Assembly: GCA_964561945.1 (NCBI GenBank)
Contig: CAZLQM010000004.1
Coordinates: 1 to 63,122 of the forward strand
Length of the DNA: 63,122 bases
Direction of reading: 5' to 3'
Origin: an uncultured Gammaproteobacteria bacterium
GTDB lineage: Bacteria; Patescibacteriota; Microgenomatia; CAYXHB01
In this document: positions 18,965 to 28,773 of the stretch, one piece after another
Numbering within the stretch: position 1 is the first letter of the stretch
Layout of the letters: each line of letters starts with the position of its first letter
The notes under the pieces: model-generated
Told to the model about the DNA's origin: nothing
Database searches by the model: none
What the model saw: the letters and a program-made list of their open reading frames with translations, nothing else
Translations under genes and position numbers: made by a program

Positions 18965-20101
18965 ATGGCCAACCTCAACGTTATCGGCGTATCCTACCAA
19001 TCTCAAACATCTCTCGCAATCACCGATTGCTTGGACCAAATTACCCAAGGACTAATGGGTCGCATGCCCAATTATTTACTTGTCTTTGCAGACTTAAACC
19101 TAGACCACAAAAACCTTGCTCTCGAATTAAAAAGTCGCGCACCACAGGCTCAAATAATTGGCATTACTACTTCTCATATTTCCCTAAACAACCAACGTCC
19201 TCACTTAGCCATCATTGGCCTCCATCTTGATAACACCAAAATCATCACCAGCATCGGCAACAACATTAGCCAAGACCCCATCACGGCTACTAATCAAATT
19301 ATCAACCAAATCATGGGCTCAACCAACAACCAATCCCCACTCGAAATCATTCTCCTCACTAGCCAACCCACCAACCTAGACATCGTCCTCAAACATCTCT
19401 ATTCCTCCCTACCAGCACCCATTCCTATTCACTCTTTAACTGCCTTTGGTTTTCCCCAAACCCATCCCCCATATATCTTTTATGACAACCAAATTCTGCC
19501 TGACGCCATTATAGCCATGGCCATTTATCAAACTCCATTCATAAATGCCACCACCTACCACACCACCACTCCCATAGGAGTACCTCTTCCTATTACCAAA
19601 CAAAAAGACAACCTTATTCAAGAAATCAACCACTTGCCTGCCTGCACCCTCTACGAACAATATTTACCAGCATACAAACTCAATCGCCTACCCCAAACCC
19701 AATTCATCAACCTAACCACTTCTTTTCCTCTCTGTTTATACACTCATCCAGACTTAACTATCGTTGCACCTCAATCAGCCAATGACGAAGCCCATCTTGT
19801 TCTCCCTATTCAAGTCCCGCTAGACTGTCAACTTGTCAGCCTAGCTACGCACGACCCCACTCAAATCGAAACCCACATCGCCCAATCTCTCACCAACCTC
19901 ATCAATTCTCAATGCACAATCTCTTTTACCTCATACAACCGCCACACTGACAACTCTTCCGAACAATCGGAAACCCAAGCCATCCAAAAAAACATCGATT
20001 CGCCTTCCCTTCTCACCATTACCCCCAATAGTTTCATTACTACCAAACAATCACCAATCTCAATTAGCCTTCCAGGCAGAACAGTTATCAATTTCTCATA
20101 A
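18965..20101 (+). CDS. FIST-like sensory domain protein (tentative)
   Basis: 378 aa. The N-terminal pattern (IGVSYQS...ITDCLDQI...NYLLVFADLN...IIGITTSHIS) resembles FIST_N. Located immediately upstream of the histidine kinase, with a 1-nt gap. Confidence 0.45.
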   Translation: MANLNVIGVSYQSQTSLAITDCLDQITQGLMGRMPNYLLVFADLNLDHKNLALELKSRAPQAQIIGITTSHISLNNQRPHLAIIGLHLDNTKIITSIGNNISQDPITATNQIINQIMGSTNNQSPLEIILLTSQPTNLDIVLKHLYSSLPAPIPIHSLTAFGFPQTHPPYIFYDNQILPDAIIAMAIYQTPFINATTYHTTTPIGVPLPITKQKDNLIQEINHLPACTLYEQYLPAYKLNRLPQTQFINLTTSFPLCLYTHPDLTIVAPQSANDEAHLVLPIQVPLDCQLVSLATHDPTQIETHIAQSLTNLINSQCTISFTSYNRHTDNSSEQSETQAIQKNIDSPSLLTITPNSFITTKQSPISISLPGRTVINFS

Positions 20102-20102
20102 T

Positions 20103-21572
20103 ATGAATCTTCGACTCATAACTGCTTTTATTTTTATCCTCAACCTATTTACAGCAATTTACCTATTAGTTACTGACTCCTCGCATCACCTTATAGTTGT
20201 CCCCTTAATTACTATCCCCACTCTCATCTACATGATTTATCTCTTTTTACAACTATCTCCTCTTAGTCAGTCTTCCAAATCAATCCTCAAATTTATCAGT
20301 CGCAAATCAAACGTCACCCGAAAAATCCATCTCAAACAAATTCTCATCCTCATTCCCCAAATCGAAACTTATCTCTCCTCTATCGAAAACATTTCCTTCA
20401 ACACCAGTCGCATTCTTATCAACCAAACACTAGACGTTCGCCTTACCAAACAAGAGCTAATCCAATCCCAACAAACTACCCAAGAAGAAAAAACCAAACT
20501 AACTACACTACTCGAAGGCATCAAAGACGGCGTCGTCGTCATTAATCACAGTCAAGAAGTAGTCATTATCAATCCTGCCGCAGCCTCTCTTACGGGCATG
20601 CCCATTAACCAAGCTATTGGCAAACCAGCCAACCAAGTCTTAATCCTCGAAGACCAAAACCAACCCTTCACCTGCCAAACTTATTGCACCGAAACCCAAC
20701 AATTATTTTTCAAAGAAAACGTCAAACTCATCGGCACCAATCACCAACTCCTCTATATCAACATTTCAGTCCACAAAATCATGGACCACTCCCAACTTGG
20801 TTGGATTATCACTCTTCACAATGTCACCGAAGAACAACAACTTATGCGCATGAAACTTGATTTCGCCTCTATGGCAGCTCACGAACTCCGTACCCCTCTA
20901 ACCACCATCCAAGGATATTTATCATTTCTCCAGACTCCTCAAACTCTAAACAAATTAAATCCTACAGAGCAAGAATTCATCGCCAAAGCGGGCATGTCTA
21001 CCACTAGACTCAACCGCCTCATCGAAAACGTCCTCTCCGTCTCCAAAATCGAACAGGGGGAACTTGGACTCACTCTCCAACCAGTTCTAACCGAGAAAAT
21101 CATCGAAAAACTCATTGCCGAATACACAGGCCTTGCCCAAACCAAAAATCTCAAACTCATCTTTACTCCACCACCAACACCTACCCCAAAAGTTATGGCT
21201 GACGCAAACAAAATCGAAGAAGTTGTCAGTAATCTCATCGGCAATGCCGTCAAATACTCTGAACGTGGCTATATTGAAATCAGCATCAGATCCCAAGGAG
21301 ATTTTGTTATTACCTCAATTACCGATACCGGCAAGGGCATCCCCTCTGAAGCCATTGGCAAATTATTTACCAAATTCTTCCGTGTCCAAGGCGAACTTAA
21401 ATCTGGATCCAAAGGCACAGGTCTTGGCTTATACATTTCCAAAACCATCATCGAATCTCATGGTGGCAAAATCTGGGTTGAAAGCGTAGTTAACCAAGGA
21501 TCTACCTTCTCATTTAGTCTACCGATTGCCACCGAAACTCAATCTACCGATAATCCCACCCAAAATACTTAA
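20103..21572 (+). CDS. sensor histidine kinase (TM, PAS-like, HisKA, HATPase_c)
   Basis: H-box MAAHELRTPLTTIQG, N-box LIGNAVKYS, G-boxes DTGKGIP and GTGLGLYISKTIIESHGGKIWVES. Confidence 0.95.
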   Translation: MNLRLITAFIFILNLFTAIYLLVTDSSHHLIVVPLITIPTLIYMIYLFLQLSPLSQSSKSILKFISRKSNVTRKIHLKQILILIPQIETYLSSIENISFNTSRILINQTLDVRLTKQELIQSQQTTQEEKTKLTTLLEGIKDGVVVINHSQEVVIINPAAASLTGMPINQAIGKPANQVLILEDQNQPFTCQTYCTETQQLFFKENVKLIGTNHQLLYINISVHKIMDHSQLGWIITLHNVTEEQQLMRMKLDFASMAAHELRTPLTTIQGYLSFLQTPQTLNKLNPTEQEFIAKAGMSTTRLNRLIENVLSVSKIEQGELGLTLQPVLTEKIIEKLIAEYTGLAQTKNLKLIFTPPPTPTPKVMADANKIEEVVSNLIGNAVKYSERGYIEISIRSQGDFVITSITDTGKGIPSEAIGKLFTKFFRVQGELKSGSKGTGLGLYISKTIIESHGGKIWVESVVNQGSTFSFSLPIATETQSTDNPTQNT

Positions 21573-21607
21573 TTGTAATCCATCCATTATTAATATATAT
21601 TCAATTC

Positions 21608-21991
21608 ATGGCCAAAAGAATTCTCCTAGTTGAAGACGAAGACATGATTCGCGAAATGTATCAGCTTGCTCTCTCCCAAGCAGGTTTTGAAGTTGAGTCA
21701 GTGGCTGATGGCCAGATCGCAGTCGAAACTCTCTCCCAAGATTCCAACTTTGATATTATCCTTCTGGATGTCATGCTTCCAGGACTAGATGGTATCAGCG
21801 TTCTCAAGGCTCTTCGAGACCAAAACTTACCAGCTGCTCAAATCCCAGTTTTCCTTCTTACTAACCTCGGACTTGAAGATCTCGTCAAAGAAGCCCTTGA
21901 ACTTGGAGCCAAGAAATACCTCATCAAATCCAACGTCCTTCCCCAACAAATCATCGAAGAAGTCAACGTCTTCTTCCAAACCGCCCAGTAA
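21608..21991 (+). CDS. single-domain response regulator (receiver only)
   Basis: ILLVEDEDMI, DIILLDVMLPGLDG, LTNL and KYLIKS; 127 aa with no output domain. Confidence 0.95.
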   Translation: MAKRILLVEDEDMIREMYQLALSQAGFEVESVADGQIAVETLSQDSNFDIILLDVMLPGLDGISVLKALRDQNLPAAQIPVFLLTNLGLEDLVKEALELGAKKYLIKSNVLPQQIIEEVNVFFQTAQ

Positions 21992-21996
21992 TTTTA

Positions 21997-22743
21997 CTAA
22001 CTAGCTTCTTTCTCTTCTTCTACAGATTTAACCAAAGCCTTAACCTCAGTTTTCGTCAATTCTCTCCATTGTCCTGTAGGCATTTTATCAAGTTTTATAG
22101 GTCCAAACTCTACTCTAATCAACTGAATTACTGACAATTTAACCGCAGCACACATTCGCCTGATTTGTCGATGCCGACCTTCTCTAATCACAAACTCCAA
22201 CCAAGTTCTATTCCTCATCGGCTGTACAATCTTTACTTCAGCTTCTTTCGTAACTCCATCAGCCAACTTAACTCCAGTTCGCAATCTATCCAACTTCCAC
22301 CGCAAAACTTCCCCTTGCACACAAACTCTATACTTCTTTGGAATATGAAATTTAGGGTGAGTCAGTTGATGAGTCAATGGTCCATCATTGGTCAACAAAA
22401 TCAACCCTTCAGAATCCAAGTCCAATCTCCCCACAGGATACACTCGTCTTTCGCTATCAACCAAATCACTCACCACCCGTCTTCCGCTTGGATCTTGAGT
22501 CGTTGATAACACTCCCACAGGTTTATTGACCGCATAATAAACCACCTCGGGACTTTCTTCGATTTCTTCTCCCTCAATTTTAATCTTATCAATTCCGGGT
22601 AAAATTTTGTGTCCTTTATCCTTAATTATTTGCCCATTAACCATAATTTTACCTTCGTCTACCCACTTCTCGACCAACCTCCTCGATCCATAGCCATGAT
22701 AAGCCAAATACTTTGCAATTCTTACTGCTTCAACTTTATCCAT
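21997..22743 (-). CDS. pseudouridine synthase, RsuA/RluB family, with an S4 domain
   Basis: The N-terminal S4-like region is RIAKYLAYHGYGSRR. The catalytic motif is GRLDLDSEGLILLTNDG. Confidence 0.9.
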   Translation of the reverse strand: MDKVEAVRIAKYLAYHGYGSRRLVEKWVDEGKIMVNGQIIKDKGHKILPGIDKIKIEGEEIEESPEVVYYAVNKPVGVLSTTQDPSGRRVVSDLVDSERRVYPVGRLDLDSEGLILLTNDGPLTHQLTHPKFHIPKKYRVCVQGEVLRWKLDRLRTGVKLADGVTKEAEVKIVQPMRNRTWLEFVIREGRHRQIRRMCAAVKLSVIQLIRVEFGPIKLDKMPTGQWRELTKTEVKALVKSVEEEKEAS

Positions 22744-22826
22744 ATTTACCTATTATACTCGACTTTATCATCCTAATTATCAAAACAATCTTGCATTTAA
22801 ATTCCAAACTGCGTATTCTCTTCCTC

Positions 22827-23129
22827 ATGGCAACCAAATATCAAGAAATTTACAAAGAAATGCTCTCTCTACACAAACCTCTCTTTGATAGGTTTAGACT
22901 GGTTCATGATTCCTACGTGCGTTCTCCCGCACTCCATCAAAAAGAATTTAACGAAGTCGGTGATTCTATCTTAGAAATTATCCAAAAATTTGACCAAAGA
23001 CTATGCGGCAAATCAGAACGCACTGGTTACGGTAGCTACACCAGTAAGTTATCAGAAAAATTCTGGGAAACCATCCGCAAAGACTTCCCCAAGATTGATT
23101 CTGTGGGATTGAAAGTAAGCTCGACATAA
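22827..23129 (+). CDS. hypothetical protein
   Basis: Start trimmed to the ATG at 22827 (MATKYQEIYKEML). 100 aa with no motif recognised. Confidence 0.4.
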   Translation: MATKYQEIYKEMLSLHKPLFDRFRLVHDSYVRSPALHQKEFNEVGDSILEIIQKFDQRLCGKSERTGYGSYTSKLSEKFWETIRKDFPKIDSVGLKVSST

Positions 23130-23156
23130 TCAAAATTTTCCCTAATTTCCACCCAC

Positions 23157-23672
23157 CTACAAAAACATTTTTATCCAAGCTCCCACCCCATAAGCCACAC
23201 CAGCAGCCAAAGACCCAATTGCCAGCATCTCCACTCCATTACGCAACCAATTATCACGCGTTACCAACGATCTTGCACTTCCCACGAGAAACAATGTCCC
23301 TAGTGTCGCCACAATTGAAATTAAAAAATCATTTCCGCCCAAATTCACACCCAACCACTTCATATAATAAGGCAATAACGGCATCGATCCTGCTATTAGA
23401 AAAGCTACAAAAGTTACTACTCCCGTATGCCAAATACCCTTGACTTTCTTACGTCTGTTCGTCAACCTCTCCAGCCTCAACTCTGATTTCGCACCCAAAT
23501 AATCACCCAATCCCATACTCAGTCCATCAGCCATAAGATTAGCTATTCCCATAATTAGCACAATCGTTACTGACAATTTAGCTCCAGCCACTCCTGCCAC
23601 CACCGCAAACGTCGTCACAATCCCATCATTTGCACCAAACACCATCGCCTTTAGAATCCGCGGACTGATCAT
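23157..23672 (-). CDS. VIT1/CCC1-family iron/manganese transporter
   Basis: FGANDGIVTTFAVVAGVAGA, GIANLMADGLSMGLGDY and a 5-TM layout. Confidence 0.8.
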   Translation of the reverse strand: MISPRILKAMVFGANDGIVTTFAVVAGVAGAKLSVTIVLIMGIANLMADGLSMGLGDYLGAKSELRLERLTNRRKKVKGIWHTGVVTFVAFLIAGSMPLLPYYMKWLGVNLGGNDFLISIVATLGTLFLVGSARSLVTRDNWLRNGVEMLAIGSLAAGVAYGVGAWIKMFL

Positions 23673-23715
23673 CCCTTAATCGTAGCACTCTCTTAACCAC
23701 CATCAATACAGCTAA

Positions 23716-25566
23716 TTAATCGTATCTGTCCTTCTCCCTTGCAACCAATTGCCCATACAACTCACTTGGCCTTGCTTCTCCCGACGTACCATCCGTATGC
23801 ACATTCCCCAAAGCACTATCCCCAAACTCTGTTTGCCATTTACCCGCACTATTTTTCTCAAACCAAGGATCATCTGTCTTAGTGTTTACCAATACTTCCA
23901 GCGCCATCTCTATAACATCTCTCCACTCTCGTTTTTCAATTTCAACTTTACCATTCACATTTGTCCAACGTCTCTCAATTTGATCCAAAGATTCCCTACC
24001 ACCCAAACAATTCGCCAAAAAGGCTCTCATCGGCATCATGTTGCCATATCCTTTTCTGTCATTGTAATCCTCAATCGGTCCCTTCTGATACAGATATACA
24101 CCATCTCTCTTTTGCACCAACGTATAATCCACATTTTTCCAATCAACCCCACCTTCTTCATCTCTTGGCCAATCCTGAAAAAATTGCTCCTCTCCTTTTG
24201 GTATATTCATAGTCAAACCTTGCTTAACTTCTTCCACTTGCTCTGCCACACCATTTCCCACACTCATTAACCTTATTAACTCCACCATATTTCTATAGCT
24301 TGGATTCTCTCGATCCCCATCAGAAAAATAAAAATCAGCATACCCTTTTACAATTCTTTTTACCCCCGCCTCATCCACCAAACTATCTTCTTCCCCAAAC
24401 GTCAATTCTTCCTTCACCCAACCAACTAATTCATCTGCCAACCATATTGCTCCACTATTCTTTGCATTATATGCTTCACTCTTTACAAACTTTTCCCAAA
24501 CTCCATGTGCCAATTTCCGGTTCTCTGCCGTTTCCTGCATCCCCAAAATCTCTTCCTCAATTCCCACTAACAATTCTTGATCACTATCGTGAACCTCTCC
24601 AATTGCAATATCTACTACCGACTTAGTTTTATCGCCTACATTAATTTCAAACGCCATCTTTGCTTTATTCCATACCCAATCGCTTTTATCCAAAGTTTCA
24701 GCCTCTCCAACTACCTTTCCAACTAACTCATTCAAACTACCTCCCCCAGACCTTTTACAAATTTCACCATCCACAGAATTTTTAGCCAACCCCAACATCA
24801 CAGCTCGTACGGGCTTATACTTTCTCTTATCCCACTCAGCATCTCGCTCTACACTTACAATTCCCTTCTCATCTTTCACTACTTGTCTATAATCTACAGT
24901 ATTTTCATCTAGTTGCTCAACTAAGTCATCAGTTTTACCACTCATTTCAAGCTCGTCGAATTGTCCTTGATTAGACTTCACAATCTCTCCTGCCCAATAT
25001 CCTCCAGCGATATTCTCCACAAACAACTTTTCTAATGTCTCTCGTGTCACATCTCCTCCCAACATCGCATACCAAACTCTATCCAATCCAAAATCAAACG
25101 ACATTGCTTCATCCATATCTCTGTCCAATTTCCACGCCCAAGACTCTTGCAATTTATGTGATATCTCACCAAATCCATCTATTCCCTTATCTTTCAAATT
25201 CGTCAAATATTCATAATTCAAACTCCCGATCAAATCTTGCGACACTTCTTTCAACGCATCAATCACTCCATCATATTCTAATGATTTAATCACCTCTCCA
25301 ACATGGAGCGTCTCACTATCTCCCAATACCTTCTCATCCACCAAGTCACTATTCGCTTGCACCCGTGATTCCCCACCAATCCCAGAAGCCGCCAGACCTA
25401 CTCCAATAGCCACTCCACCTGCAACCTTCAAGAAATCTCTCCTTGATTGATTTACGGTCCTCCCCGCTTCTTCAGGTTTTTTATCACCCCAACCTCCCAC
25501 TCCAATATCCTCATTCCACCCCAAAGCTTTTGCTATATCACCATTGTTTCCTTGTTGCTCAGACAT
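23716..25566 (-). CDS. hypothetical exported protein with a consensus twin-arginine signal
   Basis: SRRDFLKVAGGVAIGVGLAASG at residues ~41-62 matches S/T-R-R-x-F-L-K followed by an h-region. The remaining 550 aa have no motif I recognise. Confidence 0.6.
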   Translation of the reverse strand: MSEQQGNNGDIAKALGWNEDIGVGGWGDKKPEEAGRTVNQSRRDFLKVAGGVAIGVGLAASGIGGESRVQANSDLVDEKVLGDSETLHVGEVIKSLEYDGVIDALKEVSQDLIGSLNYEYLTNLKDKGIDGFGEISHKLQESWAWKLDRDMDEAMSFDFGLDRVWYAMLGGDVTRETLEKLFVENIAGGYWAGEIVKSNQGQFDELEMSGKTDDLVEQLDENTVDYRQVVKDEKGIVSVERDAEWDKRKYKPVRAVMLGLAKNSVDGEICKRSGGGSLNELVGKVVGEAETLDKSDWVWNKAKMAFEINVGDKTKSVVDIAIGEVHDSDQELLVGIEEEILGMQETAENRKLAHGVWEKFVKSEAYNAKNSGAIWLADELVGWVKEELTFGEEDSLVDEAGVKRIVKGYADFYFSDGDRENPSYRNMVELIRLMSVGNGVAEQVEEVKQGLTMNIPKGEEQFFQDWPRDEEGGVDWKNVDYTLVQKRDGVYLYQKGPIEDYNDRKGYGNMMPMRAFLANCLGGRESLDQIERRWTNVNGKVEIEKREWRDVIEMALEVLVNTKTDDPWFEKNSAGKWQTEFGDSALGNVHTDGTSGEARPSELYGQLVAREKDRYD

Positions 25567-25589
25567 ATTTTATTTTATTATACCCCGAC

Positions 25590-26945
25590 TTAACACTTAT
25601 CTGTCCACGCTCCATATCCTTCTTTTTCTAATTCTTCTTTAGGAATAAATCGTAGTGCCGCACTATTTATACAATATCTCATCCCACCTTTCTCACTTGG
25701 TCCATCCCCAAACACATGTCCCAAATGAGATCCCGACCTAGCACTTTTAACCTCAATACGTTTTATAAATCCACTATCATCTTGATTTTCAATGACGTTA
25801 TCACTAACCATTGGAGCCGTAAAACTCGGCCATCCAGTCCCCGAATCATACTTATCTTTCGAACTAAACAAAACATCTCCCGACACCACATCTACATAAA
25901 TTCCCTCTCGCTTCTCATCCCAATACTCATTTCCAAATGGCGGTTCCGTTCCACATTCCTGAGTCACTTGACGTTGCATCGAATTTAACTTAGCTATTTT
26001 TTCTTTATAATCATTTTTCAACTTTTTCTTGTCTTCCAAATTCTCAACGGTCTTTACTTTCTTATCGTTTTGGGCTACCGATTTTTTCTCATTCTTCTCC
26101 TCACTTATTTCCCTATTATTTTTCTCCCCAAACCTTACTACTGTTACCTTTTCAACATCACTCTCATCCTCAACCTCCACCTTTTTATTTTCAAAATCAT
26201 CATCAACCGCTTTCTCTCCTTCCAACCCCCTCTTCTCAATTTCAGCTTCTGCCTGCTCCATCTCCTCTTCGATACCAACCACCAAATCCTTAGTCTCTAG
26301 CTCATTTTTCTCAACCGCTACTTGCAACAAATCTTCTTTGTTATTTTCATTTTCTAATTCATTTTTTAAATCCTCCTCAATCTTTGTAATCTCCATCCGC
26401 GCATTAACCTGCCCCTCACTCCACAATTTCTCCAAACCATTTAATCTTCCCGATCCCCATACATATAACTTATATCTGCCAGGAAACTTCTTATCATACT
26501 CTTGATGATATTCTTCAGCAGGATAGAAGATACTCGCATTTTTAACCTCCGTTACAATAGGTTTTTTAAATCGCGTATCCAACCCCAGTTTCCGTTTCGA
26601 CTCCTCCACCACTTCTTTTTGCTCTTTAGAATGAACAAAAATCACAGTTCTATACTGAGACCCTCTATCTACGAACTGACCCCCGTTATCCGTAGGATCA
26701 ACATTTAACCAATACCTCTCCAATAATTCCTCATAACTAACAACACTCTCGTCATACTCAATCTCAACCGCTTCCACATGTCCCGTTCCACCTTCACAAA
26801 CATCCTGATAACTCGGATTCGGAATCGTACCACCAGTATACCCGCTCATCACACGAATTACGCCCTTCATGTCTCGAAAAGCAGACTCCAAACACCAAAA
26901 ACATCCACCCGCAAAAGTTGCCAATTTTTTATTTTTTTCTTCCAT
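25590..26945 (-). CDS. msrAB: bifunctional methionine sulfoxide reductase MsrA/MsrB with a long acidic/basic linker
   Basis: MsrA motifs are [11 protein letters not shown] and GYTGG. MsrB motifs are [27 protein letters not shown] and RYCINSAAL. Start set at MEEKNKK (ATG 26945), because the track ORF runs into mutL. Confidence 0.9.
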   Translation of the reverse strand: MEEKNKKLATFAGGCFWCLESAFRDMKGVIRVMSGYTGGTIPNPSYQDVCEGGTGHVEAVEIEYDESVVSYEELLERYWLNVDPTDNGGQFVDRGSQYRTVIFVHSKEQKEVVEESKRKLGLDTRFKKPIVTEVKNASIFYPAEEYHQEYDKKFPGRYKLYVWGSGRLNGLEKLWSEGQVNARMEITKIEEDLKNELENENNKEDLLQVAVEKNELETKDLVVGIEEEMEQAEAEIEKRGLEGEKAVDDDFENKKVEVEDESDVEKVTVVRFGEKNNREISEEKNEKKSVAQNDKKVKTVENLEDKKKLKNDYKEKIAKLNSMQRQVTQECGTEPPFGNEYWDEKREGIYVDVVSGDVLFSSKDKYDSGTGWPSFTAPMVSDNVIENQDDSGFIKRIEVKSARSGSHLGHVFGDGPSEKGGMRYCINSAALRFIPKEELEKEGYGAWTDKC

Positions 26946-26983
26946 AAAACTTATTCCACGATAACATTTTGTACTAATCAAAT

Positions 26984-28753
26984 CTACATTCCAACCCGCA
27001 AAAACATCTTCTCCATTTCTTTCCATGTAATCAATATCTCTACAGGTCTGCCATGCGGACACGTAAAAGGTAATTTACACTTGCGCAAATCCTCAACCAA
27101 ATACTCCATCTCTCTCTGAGTCAATCGTTGTCCCCCTTTAATTGCGCTACGACACGACAAATACGTCAAAACCTTCAACTGCTCATCACTTACTCCATCC
27201 ACATTTGATTCCTCTATCAAATCCCCCGCCATCTCTACCAATGCTCGTCTCATATTCACTTCCTCCCATCCGCTTGGGACACTCAAAACACGCACCTCAT
27301 CTTCCACAAAATCTAATTCAATTCCTATCTTTTTCAACAATTCTCTTTGTTCATAAAGAGCTTCTCTTTCTCTCAAGTCAACCTCTATCTTTACTGGCAA
27401 CAGCACGTCCACTCTTCTACTTATCTTTTCCTTCAATCCCTCCATTAACTTCTCATACCTTATTCTTTCGTGAGCTGCATGCTGATCAATCAACGCCATC
27501 CCTCGCTCCTCCTCAAACACTATATACAAATTGTGCATCTGCACAAATTTATTACCTAAATTGCGATCACTCGTTCCCGTCTCATCATTAACCACGTCAC
27601 CCAACCCTAACAACTCCAAATTCAAATCCAAATTTACCGCCCTCTTTTCCCCTTGCCATCTCTCCCGATTTATCGCCAAACCCCCTCCCCCACCTCTCAA
27701 TCCTGATTTCCAGTCAAATTCTTCTATTACTCTAGAATCTTCTTCCCCCCGCACAAATTTCAGGTCTTCTTTCTTTATCTCGCCATCAATCATCTTTGTA
27801 ATCGCACTATAAACCCCAAACGGGTTCACATATCTAACTTCTTCCTTCCTCGGATGGACATTTATATCCACCATATCTCCAGGCATAACCAAATACAAAA
27901 TCCACGGCACCTGATATCTTGGTGGCAACAGACTTCCCAAGGCTTCTTTTACACTTCGCATAATCCCTCGATCTATCACCACTCGATCATTCACAATTAC
28001 CACCTGCCTTGAGCCTTTCTCCTTGCCCAGTTGTGGCTTACCCACCATCCCCCATATTTTCCAATGCAAATGATCATATCCGACTTCAAACATTTGTTTC
28101 ACCACTTCCGAACCATAAATACTTCTAATTCTTTCTTTAATATCTCCACCGCTTACCAAGTCCAAAAACAACTTCCCGTTATGCCAGAGCCTTATTCCCA
28201 CACTAGGACACGCCAACGACAGTCGCTCAACCATTTCCAAGCAATATCTCCATTCCGTGCTTCCCGTCCGCAAAAACTTCCTCCTTGCAGGTACATTAAA
28301 AAACAAATCTTCTACCACTACTCTCGTCCCTCTACTCATTCCAATCTCTCTTTTAGTTATTAATTTTCCTCCTTCAACTACAACTTCCCAACCCCCTACT
28401 TGTTTTTCAACCTTGCTTGCAATCCTAAATTTTGACACAGCACAAATACTCGCCAACGCTTCCCCCCGAAACCCCATCGTCTTAACTGCCAACAAATCCT
28501 CAATCTTACCAATCTTGCTTGTTCCATATCTCACAATCGCCAATTCCAAATCCGATTTTCCCATACCACCACCATTATCAATTATTTCTATCTTATCTAT
28601 TCCTCCATTTTCTAATCGAATCTCTATCTCATTTGCTCCTGCATCAACTGCATTATCCAATAATTCTTTGACAATTGAGGCGGGCCTCTCCACTACTTCA
28701 CCCGCCGCAATCTGATCCGCTACCTCACTTGATAATATTTTTATCTTTCCCAT
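26984..28753 (-). CDS. mutL: DNA mismatch repair protein MutL
   Basis: [34 protein letters not shown] and [10 protein letters not shown]. The C-terminal region contains [11 protein letters not shown] and TCPHGRP. Confidence 0.95.
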   Translation of the reverse strand: MGKIKILSSEVADQIAAGEVVERPASIVKELLDNAVDAGANEIEIRLENGGIDKIEIIDNGGGMGKSDLELAIVRYGTSKIGKIEDLLAVKTMGFRGEALASICAVSKFRIASKVEKQVGGWEVVVEGGKLITKREIGMSRGTRVVVEDLFFNVPARRKFLRTGSTEWRYCLEMVERLSLACPSVGIRLWHNGKLFLDLVSGGDIKERIRSIYGSEVVKQMFEVGYDHLHWKIWGMVGKPQLGKEKGSRQVVIVNDRVVIDRGIMRSVKEALGSLLPPRYQVPWILYLVMPGDMVDINVHPRKEEVRYVNPFGVYSAITKMIDGEIKKEDLKFVRGEEDSRVIEEFDWKSGLRGGGGGLAINRERWQGEKRAVNLDLNLELLGLGDVVNDETGTSDRNLGNKFVQMHNLYIVFEEERGMALIDQHAAHERIRYEKLMEGLKEKISRRVDVLLPVKIEVDLREREALYEQRELLKKIGIELDFVEDEVRVLSVPSGWEEVNMRRALVEMAGDLIEESNVDGVSDEQLKVLTYLSCRSAIKGGQRLTQREMEYLVEDLRKCKLPFTCPHGRPVEILITWKEMEKMFLRVGM

Positions 28754-28773
28754 ATTACAGCCATCATACCAAA

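Noticed and set aside
26029-26505. Long antisense (shadow) ORFs throughout the track. Examples are 1274-1624, 10381-10770, 17707-18225, 23749-24270, 26029-26505, 28257-28715, 30011-30388, 53549-53776 and 15347-15835.
   Set aside because: They lie opposite genes with strong motif support and translate to low-complexity S/P/T/H/L/I strings (+ strand) or G/V/R/M strings (- strand). They are expected because the strand bias depletes stop codons in antisense frames.
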